From Aureliella sp. (GTDB lineage: Bacteria > Planctomycetota > Planctomycetia > Pirellulales > Pirellulaceae), in the NCBI GenBank assembly GCA_963691875.1, contig OY829846.1:1152001-1216000 (forward strand): DNA of 64,000 nt. The letters run 5' to 3'. Under the pieces are notes generated by a model. That model saw only the letters and a list, made by a program, of their open reading frames with translations. It searched no databases and was not told where the DNA came from. Within the stretch, counting starts at the first letter, position 1; every line of letters begins with the position of its first letter. A program made the position numbers and the translations under genes. Shown here piece after piece: positions 50,822 to 61,355 of the stretch.

Positions 50822-51405
50822 TACTCTTCCTTTAACGCCATTGCAGTGAGGAACAGCAGCGGCATCAAAACTAATCCAAGCACAAGCACCCGTCGCAAGA
50901 CCGATCAGTCCACGCCAAACACCACCAACAACCAGTATTAGTAGAAAGGAGATGACGCCAGCCTCTCCCAGAACCGGAGAGAGCCATTGGCTACGCTTCT
51001 CTTGGCTGATCGGCTCATCGGAGTGCAGTGGAAGACAGTTCCGCTCGAGTAGATCTCGCCGTCATTTGCGAGGAAAATTGCATTTAGTGCATTCGCAAGT
51101 GACAGGGCTTTGTCAATCCATCTTCAGTCGGATCGGTAAGAACTATTGCCCCAGTCGAATTATCAAATGCAAAGCGGACCTTCGGGATGGTGCATTCCAC
51201 TATGGAAGAAGCCGAAAACTTGGTCGCTGGCTCGCTAGAAGTGGGGATTTAGGAATAGAACCAGGCTTCGAACTTGTATATTTTTGTTGAAGGATTGACG
51301 TCCTCGTCGGCATCAACGAAAGCATCCCATACCGAACGTGCTATCCGGCCCTCCGGTGGATCGTCTGGATCAAGAATGAAAGGGGAATCGGTATGTCCGG
51401 TTATC
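50822..51405 (-). pseudogene. Eroded remnants of two small genes
   Basis: PFILDPDDPPEGRIARSVWDAFVD...EAWFYS*IPTS... followed by CECTKCNF...GVISFLLILVVGGVWRGLIG / VLVLGLVLMPLLFLTAMALKEE-stop, with stops and a frameshift. Confidence 0.35.
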
Positions 51406-51524
51406 AAAACCGATTAGGTCAGGGGATATAAGAAGCTCAGTACTGATATCAACACTTCTATGTCTACACCACAATGCAATCGTGCAACCTCTTCTGTAGC
51501 AAAGTGAGCCAGGATGCGGTCATG

Positions 51525-52001
51525 TTAGAAATCGTCGATTCGAGCTCCGAGTCCGCTGCGAATTAGCTCTGCTTCGAAATCCTCATGAGCTCGCAAGGAG
51601 TCGTCAAACTGCTCGAATGCACCGAAGTAGATGGCCAAGTCACGACCGATCGTACCACGATATTGCGCCTCTTCGACTTCCTCGCAAGTCTCATGCAGCT
51701 GTAAGTACAGTTCTCGGTGTTGGACCTTAGCTTTGCCGGCATCTACGAGTCCCAGTCCAGAGCTCATTGGAACTCCATCGATAAAGCCGTAGGTTTCTTC
51801 CAGAGAGAACTCCAAGGCGATGCTGTCACGGAGCTCGCCAAGCTTTGTAACGAATTGCTTCGAGTTTTCCAGAGTTTTATCCGCGACGTTGAGCTCACGA
51901 AGGTCTTTCAGCAGAACCCAAAGCTGGGAATTCGACTCCTTTACTTCTTGTAGAAAGGCAGCGTTGGCGATCGTCGTTGTCGTAGTACTGATGGTGGTCA
52001 T
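51525..52001 (-). CDS. Hemerythrin-like four-helix-bundle protein
   Basis: GGAG RBS, NAAFLQEVKE, EFSLEETYG, QHRELY, AHEDFEAELI pattern. Confidence 0.65.
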   Translation of the reverse strand: MTTISTTTTTIANAAFLQEVKESNSQLWVLLKDLRELNVADKTLENSKQFVTKLGELRDSIALEFSLEETYGFIDGVPMSSGLGLVDAGKAKVQHRELYLQLHETCEEVEEAQYRGTIGRDLAIYFGAFEQFDDSLRAHEDFEAELIRSGLGARIDDF

Positions 52002-52329
52002 GCTTTTGCTCCATGCGGGTTGGTGAGACTGAACACTGTCGAAGGCGAAGCTTCGAGGTCTCCAGCATGCGAACCCAAGAAAAGGGGAGTAGAGGGACCA
52101 CGGTGTAACTCACGATGCCCAAATTCTGTCGGGCGTTAGAATCATCGTAACTTATTTACCTAGCACAAACCGTATCTTCCCACATTTCTATTGTAAGAGT
52201 TACCGTAAGCTTAGAATAATTACTGCTTCTGAGATCTTTTTCTGGAATGCGAAAATCTCTCCACAGAGGGGACTGGGAAGTAGGAGTGAACTTTCTCACC
52301 GCGGAGCAATGGTCGATTCCTGGCTGCTG

Positions 52330-52365
52330 GCTTGAGCTAGCGGACCAGCTTGAGCTAGCAGACCA
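52330..52365. repeat. 18-bp tandem direct repeat in a divergent intergenic region
   Basis: GCTTGAGCTAGCGGACCA then GCTTGAGCTAGCAGACCA (1 mismatch). Confidence 0.8.
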
Positions 52366-52612
52366 ATATAGGGAACCAATCCAATGCGTTCGAAGTCGCA
52401 AAAGCAATCCTCTGTCGGCCTTGAACCAAGAAGACCTTGGCCCGACCGGATAAGGAGATTGAGAATAATTGGGGTAGAAAGACGGTTAGAACAGCTGAAG
52501 TGCAGGCCTAAAGCGGCGGGCGGCCTAATAAATCAGGTGTCGCTGCATTATCTTGCCGAGCTCCTGGTGGGGATTGGGGACCTCTGATGGCCTTAGAAAA
52601 GGATTAACAAGC

Positions 52613-53047
52613 ATGCTGGATCCTGAGGGAACGGGCCAAGCTCTTGAGATCATGCTGATCGAAGACAGCTTGTTGGACGCTCGCCTGACTATCGAAGCCT
52701 TGAAGCACTGCGGAATTCATCATCGCCTCTCATTTTTTCGAGAGGGTGGTGAGTCAATGCTGTTTCTGAACAAAGAAGGAGTGTTTGCCAGAGCACCTTT
52801 ACCGCACGTGATTTTGCTGGACCTCTTCCTACCTGACACACAAGGTGTCGATTTGCTGCGACAGTTTCGAGCAAACCCAGAGACAGCTTCGATTCCGGTC
52901 GTGATCCTGACCAGCAGCGACGACAACACCGACCAAAATGAATGCGAAAAGCTCGGCGTTTCCAGCTATATCCGGAAGCCCTTTAACGAAGAGAAGTTCC
53001 TAAGTGTGATACGTCGCATCAAGGGTCTGTCTTTGCTGGTCGAATAG
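52613..53047 (+). CDS. Stand-alone response regulator receiver (Rcp1-like)
   Basis: IMLIED, ILLDL (phospho-Asp), PVVILTSS, YIRKP. Confidence 0.9.
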   Translation: MLDPEGTGQALEIMLIEDSLLDARLTIEALKHCGIHHRLSFFREGGESMLFLNKEGVFARAPLPHVILLDLFLPDTQGVDLLRQFRANPETASIPVVILTSSDDNTDQNECEKLGVSSYIRKPFNEEKFLSVIRRIKGLSLLVE

Positions 53048-54173
53048 TCGAGGCTCCAGCCGACTGCCAACGTCGCTTGTGATAGACACGCAGTCCGTTG
53101 AGCGCGTGGTAGAGTGCACCGCAGTCAACTTTCTGCTGATGCATATTTTCGATGAGCCCACAAAGATGCGCTGCAGATCGCTCAACCCACTCGGACTCCA
53201 GTTCCTCTTGTGAGGAAGCCAGGGCAACAAACTCGAAGACATGCCCTGTTCCCGACAACTCTGCGAACAGATCGCGTGAATTGCCTGCGCGTGTAAAATA
53301 GAAACTTGAGAGTCGTCCGTCCGCTGCCCGATTCTCCCTGGTCGAAGTCAACAACCCATCGACCCGCTCCCTTGCCTTCTTCCACACGGGCCCTTTGGCA
53401 ATGCCCAGCTTTTCTGCGGCTCGCAATGCCGCCACAATGCCCGCCATTCTGTGAGTCCCGCCGCAGGCACTATCCGACAGCTCGTATCGCAACTCTTCTT
53501 CGACCAACATCTCCCAGGTCACTTCGATATCGCCCTCAGAGATCCAGCTCGGCTCCTTCGGGAAATAATGTGTCAACGCAATCAACGTCCAACTAAATTC
53601 GTTGATCGGATTATTCGATACATCAAATTGCGTCTGGCGCGCCCAGTCCTCCAAGGTAGCTGTGAATCCCCCGATCTGAATCTGAGTATTCATGGGAATA
53701 TCGGCCATCGCACATATCGCTAACCACTGATCAACGTGGCCCTGCCCAATGTAGCTGCCTGGATCAAACTTCGCTTTCACGCCAACCCTTCCGGTCGACT
53801 TCAGCGGGTTTACTGAAAGGCGGAGTTCCATGCCTCGCATCATGCCACCGGAAAAGATGTAATCGAGCGCGCCTACCTGACCTCGATCAAGCGTCTTGAT
53901 TTCTAGATCGTGTCCGTAGCAAATGACTGCATGCATAATTTGCCAGGCGGCATTGACTTCTGTCGAAAGCGTCCGCTCAAAATTGGAAAGAGAGAGCACT
54001 TCGCTGACGCGCTGTTCCAAGTTCCCCTGATCAGTAGGTTCCAAGACGCTCGTATGCAGCGCGGACTCTGGAGTCGTCCCGGGCTCAGGAGCACATCCGT
54101 TCGTAGCCAGCACAGTGGCGGCGAATAGCAGCGTGGCTCTCACCGAAGCATTCTTGGTAAGCAGAGGTGTCAT
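53019..54173 (-). CDS. Conserved planctomycete hypothetical lipoprotein
   Basis: LATNG-C lipobox-like signal, AWQIMH, GQGHVDQWLA, SACGGTH, GALYHA. Confidence 0.65.
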   Translation of the reverse strand: MTPLLTKNASVRATLLFAATVLATNGCAPEPGTTPESALHTSVLEPTDQGNLEQRVSEVLSLSNFERTLSTEVNAAWQIMHAVICYGHDLEIKTLDRGQVGALDYIFSGGMMRGMELRLSVNPLKSTGRVGVKAKFDPGSYIGQGHVDQWLAICAMADIPMNTQIQIGGFTATLEDWARQTQFDVSNNPINEFSWTLIALTHYFPKEPSWISEGDIEVTWEMLVEEELRYELSDSACGGTHRMAGIVAALRAAEKLGIAKGPVWKKARERVDGLLTSTRENRAADGRLSSFYFTRAGNSRDLFAELSGTGHVFEFVALASSQEELESEWVERSAAHLCGLIENMHQQKVDCGALYHALNGLRVYHKRRWQSAGASTIRPAKTDP

Positions 54174-54349
54174 AAAGTGTTCTTAAAATCCGAATTTCAG
54201 ATCGGTGTTGAAGGATCAGAATCGCTCTTTGCGGCCCTTATGTGACCAGCCAGGCTGCTAGTCGTGATTCCGAAATCGCGTCATAATTGTTCTAGCGGGA
54301 ACCATTCTAGTTTGACGAATCTTGGCGAAAAGTTCTGGCGATGTTTTCT

Positions 54350-54880
54350 ATGCCGACAGCAGGAAAAGAGGAAGAATCGGATGTGCATCCCAGCCTTCTC
54401 GCTGAAGAGCCCTTGCTGCACCAATGCGAAATGCGCCGCGAACGACGAAGCGGGCCAGGCGGCCAACACCGTAACAAAGTGGAGACGGCCGTTGTCATTA
54501 CCCATGGGCCGACGGGAATATCTGCAGAGGCCAGTGAACGTCGCTCCCAGGCAGAAAACCGTCGCGTTGCGATCTTCAGGCTTCGTCTCACTCTTGCTAC
54601 GCAACATCACAGTCAAACACTGAGCAAAGAGAATAGCGACCTGTGGAAACTCCGCTGCGGCAACGGACGCGTGAGTGTCGCGACCGAACATGCTGATTTT
54701 CCGGCGATTTTGGCTGAGGCAATCTGTGGTATTCGTTCAGCGGAATTCGACGTAGCTGGAGCCGCGCGAGGAAAGGGCATTAGTACTTCTCAAATGATTC
54801 GCCTGCTCAAGAAACATCCAGCAGCCTGGGCGTCGGTCAACGCAGAAAGGCAGCAACGCAATCTGCATAGGCTGAAGTAG
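54350..54880 (+). CDS. Peptide chain release factor-like GGQ-domain protein
   Basis: RRSGPGGQHRNKVETAVVITHGPTGI and ERRSQAENRRVA. Lacks the RF1/RF2 codon-recognition domains. Confidence 0.85.
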   Translation: MPTAGKEEESDVHPSLLAEEPLLHQCEMRRERRSGPGGQHRNKVETAVVITHGPTGISAEASERRSQAENRRVAIFRLRLTLATQHHSQTLSKENSDLWKLRCGNGRVSVATEHADFPAILAEAICGIRSAEFDVAGAARGKGISTSQMIRLLKKHPAAWASVNAERQQRNLHRLK

Positions 54881-55612
54881 CAGTTAAGTTCTACGATTTA
54901 TTCAGCATGTGTCTCACCCAAGAGCAGGGTAGCCGCCAACTCCGCTACTGACTCAAAACGCAAATCATTCCATTTGCAGTCTTGCGCGACACAACCCAAT
55001 TCCAGGCTGATTCGGCCTTCTCATTCAAAGCGTCAGTCAATGGCTCAGCAATTGCCTCACTACGTCCTGTTTGCAGCCTGCTAGGGGCCTGACTCAAGTT
55101 CTCGTGCGGAATGGTTCATACCCGGGCGGCATCCGACACTCACTCGGCGAGATGCAATGCGAACATAGAAAGCGTCGAAAGGTCAATTCTCTGATAGAGA
55201 GCGAAGCGTCGCAAATAGTTGCATTAACAGCGGAGGGTTAATCACAGTTTCACCTTGATGGAGCGAGCCGACTGCGCAGTTGCAATTTCAGCAGTGTAGA
55301 CGACTCGAAGCGAAAACGGATGAGTTTCATCGGCTGGGTCAAACAAACATTCGCTACGCCGATATCAGGGAAGTACAACGGAAACCGACGCTGCTCGACC
55401 AACCGTTCCTGCGCGACGGCTTGGCGAGAGAAGCACAAAATCTATCGTAAGGAACAAGTCGTCGCTCTGTGGCGAAGAACTTACGTTTGGCATAGAACTT
55501 AGGATTCTTCGCAGTTATTAGCGAGTGCCGCCGGCTCACGACCAAAACTCTGATTGGGCAATAGTAAAAAACTGATGAGTGCGAGCTGCTCGCACGGATT
55601 TTGGAGTGGAGA

Positions 55613-55897
55613 TTGATAGACGAAAGAGAACAATGGCACGACGACTCGTATGACGAGGATGCCTACGATCCAATCTACGAGGAGGAAGATGAGGAAGGCA
55701 AGACAATTCCTTGTCCCAAATGCTCCGCAGACGTCTACTATGACGCGGAGCAGTGCCCCCAATGTGGCTACTACCTGACTTCGGCAGAACGCTTGGGTCC
55801 AGGATTGCCACGCTGGGTCTATTGGACTGCGGTGATATTGCTTCTACTGTTCCTATACAACGTCGGGGATGCGGTGTGGAACGCTATGTCGAGGTGA
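55613..55897 (+). CDS. Small zinc-ribbon membrane protein
   Basis: Acidic N-terminus, CPKC-x10-CPQC, one C-terminal TM helix. Confidence 0.7.
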   Translation: MIDEREQWHDDSYDEDAYDPIYEEEDEEGKTIPCPKCSADVYYDAEQCPQCGYYLTSAERLGPGLPRWVYWTAVILLLLFLYNVGDAVWNAMSR

Positions 55898-56115
55898 GCC
55901 CCTTGTTTCATTGGACTAGCTGTGTGTACTTGACCAGAGTTCCTTCAGTCGTCGGGATGCTAGGATTTGAAAAGGCCAAGAAGGAATTCTGGCAAATCCT
56001 TTTTTATGCAAGGTATTCTGGCGAATCCCACTACGGAACGTTATGGTGAATTTGCTAAAGCGGACACGGTTTTAGTATTACGTGGAAGTGTTTGCCACTC
56101 AATTTGCCAAGAGTC

Positions 56116-56553
56116 ATGAACGAAATCCAGTCAATAAGCGAGGAAGAATCTCCGTCAGGTCACCCCGTGGTTTTGTTCGATGGAACTTGCAATTTTTGTA
56201 GCCTCTCGGTGCAATTTATCTTACGTAACGAGAGGGATTCCAACTTGCACTTTGCAACGCTGCAATCGGAGGTCGGACAGCAACGGCTGATGGATCATGA
56301 CATGCCGCGTGATCGCATGGATAGTATGATCCTGATCGACCAGGAGCAAGCTTATGATCGCAGCGACGCCGCACTTCGCGTCTTACAACACTTGCGAGCA
56401 CCATGGCGTTGGGCCAGAATTTTTGTCTTTGTCCCCAAGCCAATACGTGATTGGTGCTATCGCATTCTGGCTAAGAATCGTTACCGCATATTTGGACAGT
56501 CCGAGGTATGCATGGTTCCCAAACCTGAACTGAAGTCACGTTTCTTGAGCTAG
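56116..56553 (+). CDS. DCC (DUF393) family thiol-disulfide oxidoreductase-like protein
   Basis: VVLFDGTCNFC (DxxCxxC), FATLQS, RSDAAL, YRILAKNRYRIFG. Confidence 0.9.
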   Translation: MNEIQSISEEESPSGHPVVLFDGTCNFCSLSVQFILRNERDSNLHFATLQSEVGQQRLMDHDMPRDRMDSMILIDQEQAYDRSDAALRVLQHLRAPWRWARIFVFVPKPIRDWCYRILAKNRYRIFGQSEVCMVPKPELKSRFLS

Positions 56554-57084
56554 ATTCGGACCTCCCACTGATGCTGCTTCCAAATGCCAGAGGTAGCTTA
56601 CTCTTGAGCGGATAGAATTGCTCAGGAGTTGGAAATCGAGGGACCTCCGGCTTGAGGCAGTCTAGGATGCAGCCCACCAAGAGGGGTGGAAACACGTAGA
56701 AGACTCATGCATTGGTGTGTTATCGCAGATAGCTCAATGTGGTCTTTCGCAACTTAGTGCTCCAGCCCTTTTCAGGAGCTGACTCGTCCAGGCCTCTCGC
56801 CTCGTCAAACAAGTTATATGTGACCGCCAGCCTCCAGTCTCCACTTGTCACTAGATCACTTTGTACTCGCTCCCTTTGTCATGACCAAAGGTGTCCTGGC
56901 TGCAGCGATAACCAGTGGCACTCAACCGTCGCACTCCCTCTTCCTCATCGCCACAACCCAACCTCTTCACAGGCAAATGGGTAATTTAGATGGTTTGGCG
57001 AGACAAACCGCAGGCGATGCTAGCATTCAAAGGCGATTTGAGTTTAGATTGATGCAGTCGTGAGAATTCCAATGGAACTGGAAA

Positions 57085-58095
57085 ATGCCAAGCAGCTTAG
57101 CACAGCCACAAACTGAAGCAGAACGTGTCCAGCAGCGTTTGGCCGACGTGGCTTCTCGCCGCGGCGGGGCCAGCAGCCCGTTGGCTCACAGCGATCGTGG
57201 GCTCAGTGAAAGTCCCGGTGAATCTGCAGAACCTTCAGCAGAACACTCCAAAATCGTCGCGCGCTTAGCACGTGAAGTTCGGCAACTGGAGACAGGGGGA
57301 CGGCCAGAAACACGCTCCGGCATCTCCTCTGGCTGTGAAGCACTCGATGCTTACCTGCCCCAGCAAGGCTACGTGCCAGGTACCATCATCGAGTACCTCC
57401 GCGAAACGCGAGCCTGTGGAGCGAGCTATCTTGCCTTTGCCGCTGCGGCTTCGGCTATGCAAGCGGACGATGGTTTTCTCGTTCTGATCGACAATCAAGA
57501 TATTCGGAGCTACTTTTATCCCCCCGCTTTGACCGCACATGGCATCGATTTGCGAAAGGTTGTCTTCGTCCAGCCACAATCTTTGGGCGATGCGATCTGG
57601 TCTGTCGATCAAGCTTTGCGAACGCCCGCCGTGTCTGCAGTGGTCGCGGAACTCGAAAGTTTGGATGACCGCAGCGCCCGACGCCTACAACTGGCAGCCG
57701 AGACTGGCGGCACTCTAGCATTCTTGCTTCGAAGTGCTGCGGCTCGCCATCGTCCCAGCTGGGCCGAGGTGCAATGGCTTGTGCGTTCGCGACGTCGCCA
57801 GTCGCCACTGAAGCAGACTTCAGGCGAGGCAATAGTCGAGCTCGGCCATGAAAACCAGCGGCAAAACTTAGGGGCAGATGCCAGCAAGTTAATCGGTCGC
57901 GAGTTGCAAGTTCAGCTTTTGCGAAATCGTGGCGGTCGCTGCGGAGCACAATTAAGACTGGCGATTCACCCTGTAACAGGAGCGTTGCAGAAAGTTCCTC
58001 CCCGAAAGAGTCGGCATGAGCAAACGGCTTCTATGCGTCTGGCTACCCAATTGGCCAATCCAAAGAATCCAAGCCGAAGATCCCACGCTGGCTGA
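57085..58095 (+). CDS. imuA: ImuA (RecA/SulA-like mutasome accessory protein)
   Basis: SSGCEALDAYLP, FYPPAL, WSVDQALR, RRLQLAAETGG. Overlaps imuB. Confidence 0.88.
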   Translation: MPSSLAQPQTEAERVQQRLADVASRRGGASSPLAHSDRGLSESPGESAEPSAEHSKIVARLAREVRQLETGGRPETRSGISSGCEALDAYLPQQGYVPGTIIEYLRETRACGASYLAFAAAASAMQADDGFLVLIDNQDIRSYFYPPALTAHGIDLRKVVFVQPQSLGDAIWSVDQALRTPAVSAVVAELESLDDRSARRLQLAAETGGTLAFLLRSAAARHRPSWAEVQWLVRSRRRQSPLKQTSGEAIVELGHENQRQNLGADASKLIGRELQVQLLRNRGGRCGAQLRLAIHPVTGALQKVPPRKSRHEQTASMRLATQLANPKNPSRRSHAG

Positions 58096-59770
58096 GAAGC
58101 CTCTGCTCCTCTCTACTCGTGATCCTCGTCGCGGACTGCTCGTTGCCGCAGCCAATCTTGCCGCGCGCAAAGAGAACGTGAAGCCCGGAATGCGGCTCAG
58201 CGAAGCTACGGCGCTGGTCGAAGCCGAGGTAATCGAACAAGATACGCACGAAGAACTGGAAGCTCTCTGCCATCTCGCCGAACAAATGCAGCTTTTCAGC
58301 CCGATCGTGGGACTCGAACAGCTCGAACGCAAAACCTGGGCAGGACGCAATTCATTACAACCCGAGTGCCTGTTGCTCGACATCACTGGCATCGGACAAT
58401 TGTTTGGTTCCGAGGAAGAACTTGTCCAGCAGTTTGGAGCTTGGCTGCGCGAGCGACATCTCTTTGGTTGCATCACGGTCGCTGGAAGTATTGGTGCCGC
58501 GTGGGCCATCGCGAACTACGGACTACGGCGAGAATCGGCGCTGCAATGCAACTTGTCGGACGATGAAGAGCAGCCAGAATCACTACCCGCTTGCCGCTAC
58601 CAAATTGTCGAAGTCGACGAACGCGAATTAGAAAAAACACCTGAGACTCAGTCAACCGAAGCAGGCTGGTACGATCGTGCGGCCAAAGCTGCCATTGCAG
58701 ATCTTCCCATCGCAGCCTTGAGACTCGCCAGCGACACCGTTCATTCCCTCCAACGTCTCGGAATTCATCGCATTGGGCAGCTGCAAACACTGCCGCGACA
58801 AGGAATGGGGACGCGACTGGGCGAGCAATTACTTCTCCGCTGGGACCAAGCCCTCGATCGTAAAGAAGAACCGGTCGTCACACTGCACAGCTTACCAGAC
58901 TGGTGTCTTGAAGACTCGCTTGAGTATCCGACCGAACACCAGGAAGCTATCGCTGAGCTACTTCGTCGCCAGGGCGAAGTACTGGCAGAACGCCTACAAA
59001 AACGTGGGCAAGGTGCACTGCGCATCCTGTGTCGCCTCGACTTGGTCGACGCGCAACCGCTGCTCATGCAACTCGGTTTGTTTCGCCCGACAAACGATGC
59101 AGAACACCTGGAAGAATTGCTGGTCGGCCAACTCGAGCAAGTCCTGCAAGAGAACTCGATTTCTGCTGTTTGGCGTCTAAGCCTGCAAGCCACTTTGACG
59201 GCCGATATGATCTGGCGGCAAGCTGATTTATTTGAAGGAGATCAAACAGCGAACCGCAATCAAATGGCAAAGCTCATCGACACACTCAGCAGCCGCCTTG
59301 GACGCAAGCAAGTCATGGTGGGAAACGTGCGACGAGAATCACAGCCCGAGTTGGCTTATCAGCTGCAGCCCATGACGGGCCGCAAACAAGGCGGAGAACA
59401 GCAAGACACCGTCAAAAAATTGAGTTCCAGATTGGCCCGACGCCGCGCCGAACCTTCAACAGAAGATCCGCTTCGCCGCCCCACACACTTGTACAAGAAA
59501 CCTCAGTCGATCGAAGTCTCTATTGAACCAACGAACGAATTCATCGAAGACGGTGCACATCTAGCCACAGCTCCAGACAGCTTTCTGTTCCAAGGCAAAA
59601 CTTATCTGGTCACCACCTCTTGCGGGCCAGAGAGATTGGAAAGTGGCTGGTGGCGTGGCCCGAGCGTCCGACGAGATTACTATCGCATCGAAGTTCAAGA
59701 TGGCAGTTGGTGGTGGATCTACCGCGATCTCAACACCGCCACTTGGTTCCTGCACGGCATATTTGACTGA
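58016..59770 (+). CDS. imuB: ImuB (catalytically inactive Y-family polymerase)
   Basis: LCVWLPNWPIQR, VKPGMRLSEA, FSPIV, LLLDITG, GPERLESGWW, RDYY, WFLHGIFD. Confidence 0.92.
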   Translation: MSKRLLCVWLPNWPIQRIQAEDPTLAEKPLLLSTRDPRRGLLVAAANLAARKENVKPGMRLSEATALVEAEVIEQDTHEELEALCHLAEQMQLFSPIVGLEQLERKTWAGRNSLQPECLLLDITGIGQLFGSEEELVQQFGAWLRERHLFGCITVAGSIGAAWAIANYGLRRESALQCNLSDDEEQPESLPACRYQIVEVDERELEKTPETQSTEAGWYDRAAKAAIADLPIAALRLASDTVHSLQRLGIHRIGQLQTLPRQGMGTRLGEQLLLRWDQALDRKEEPVVTLHSLPDWCLEDSLEYPTEHQEAIAELLRRQGEVLAERLQKRGQGALRILCRLDLVDAQPLLMQLGLFRPTNDAEHLEELLVGQLEQVLQENSISAVWRLSLQATLTADMIWRQADLFEGDQTANRNQMAKLIDTLSSRLGRKQVMVGNVRRESQPELAYQLQPMTGRKQGGEQQDTVKKLSSRLARRRAEPSTEDPLRRPTHLYKKPQSIEVSIEPTNEFIEDGAHLATAPDSFLFQGKTYLVTTSCGPERLESGWWRGPSVRRDYYRIEVQDGSWWWIYRDLNTATWFLHGIFD

Positions 59771-59982
59771 TGCAAATCACCGCAAACGCCCCCCACTGTA
59801 AGCCGGAAACGAGCGCAGCGTTGTTGCGGCATCTACGTCACTTTGATCTCACTAAAAAAGGCCCTTCGCGGAATTTCGTGGCAAGGTAGCATCTGCTCCA
59901 AGGACTTATGCTTGGCCTTTCGAACAAGAAATATCACGCGGAGGCGCGGAGAACAAGATAGTGAGAGCGAGACTGTTATTAC

Positions 59983-60024
59983 TTCAATATTGGACATTCC
60001 TTGTTCGGTATTCGATATTCGATT
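59983..60024. repeat. Degenerate heptamer tandem repeat (TTCGATA-like x6)
   Basis: TTCAATA TTGGACA TTCCTTG TTCGGTA TTCGATA TTCGATT. Confidence 0.6.
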
Positions 60025-60315
60025 CCCTCTGCCCAACGTTGTTTCTTGGGTAAGTGAGATTGCATCTTGCCAGGACGGATCAAATAAATATTTGGACGAT
60101 CCGCAGGCTGCCATTAACAATGATCAAGAGCCACAAGAAAACCACAATTACCTCTTGGCTGACCTGCCCATTACGGTGTTGCCGTCTCACTATCGTCGAC
60201 AGCAACCGAAGCTTCAGGAAAGCGATACCAAACAACTTTGTTTACCCCTGTTTACTCCGACAGATTCTAGATTTGTTTCCACTGTGAAGAACTCCGAGTT
60301 TGGAGGCGGAGTATG

Positions 60316-60860
60316 TCACATCTTCGCATGAGTTACAGTTGGGCCCGGCGGCATCCCGTATTTCCAATCTAATGCCTTCAGCAGTTTCAAAAGCCCAGAA
60401 AACGACTCTTCGCAAATCGTTTCGCTAACCTCCTTTCGAAGCAAGAATTGTTTAGCCTTACATTTTTCTGCGTAGGGCAAGAGACTGCCAGACAAATTCT
60501 GAATACGAAAAGTCAGATTCATACTGGCTTTCGCTTTCGCAAGTCGCTCAGCGATGAACGAACATATCCAATACCGACCAAAGCTTCCGTTAGCGTGATG
60601 GAGAACTTCTCCGACTGATACGTACCAAGCAATTGCACGAATGCCTCACCGCCTGGCTTGTCAGTTTCAAGTTGGAGGTGTTCGCTTCCATCCTTTTCCT
60701 TGTTGTCTACTCCGGATCTAGCACACACCCATGTGTCTTGCAACCTGGACGCACGCCAAAGATCTAGCTCACAACTACTGCAGCAACCAACAAAGTCGTT
60801 TGCCAAAACAGGCGATATCGAACGCTGGGAGATCGCTTAGGCGACGCAGCATCACAGAGT
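60316..60860 (-). pseudogene. Eroded gene remnant, probably an exported protein
   Basis: RYRLFWQTTLLVAAVVVS*IFGV signal-like segment, then protein-like fragments in other frames (GGEAFVQLLGTYQSEKF...; FSGLLKLLKALDWKYG). Confidence 0.3.
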
Positions 60861-61355
60861 TGTCCATGGATCAAACTACTACTTCCCGCGAGGCCTCGGA
60901 AGGTCTGCGGTTCCCGTATCCTGTGGAGAATCCAAGAAGCTTTGCTCAACCCTAAACGCCGCACTGACTCTCTGCAAACGCACCGAAATCTCCCAACTCA
61001 GTTTCGATTGCTAAGAAGGGCACCACCGGATTTGCAATAAAGTCGCGTTGGAGAATCAATTCCCTCTGTCTCCGACCACACTCTGCCCAGAGATGCCGGA
61101 CTGTATATTGCTCTTCCTAACGGTTGGACCATTTCATAACCTCGCCGATCCATGAACGCGGCGGTTTCACGTGGGCGAATATCGCAAATAGCACGCGTTC
61201 AGGCTTTTTGCTACCAAATGCGTGAAGGGAACGCCGCTTAAAATCGATGCCCCATGGTAACGCTTCTAAAACAATGATTTGTTATGCTCGATCAACTCGT
61301 GATAGTTATTAATCTCAAACATTGACGCACCAACGTACTTCAGCGGAAATCCCCA

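Noticed and set aside
55200..55545. Transposase (RAYT/IS200-like) remnant suggested by MSFIGWVKQTF
   Set aside because: No HUH motif, catalytic Tyr or terminal structure is recognisable, and the match is too short.
56553..57085. LexA/SOS box upstream of imuA
   Set aside because: I could not identify a convincing match to the known CTGT-N8-ACAG, GAAC-N4-GTTC or TGTTC-N4-GAACA motifs by eye.
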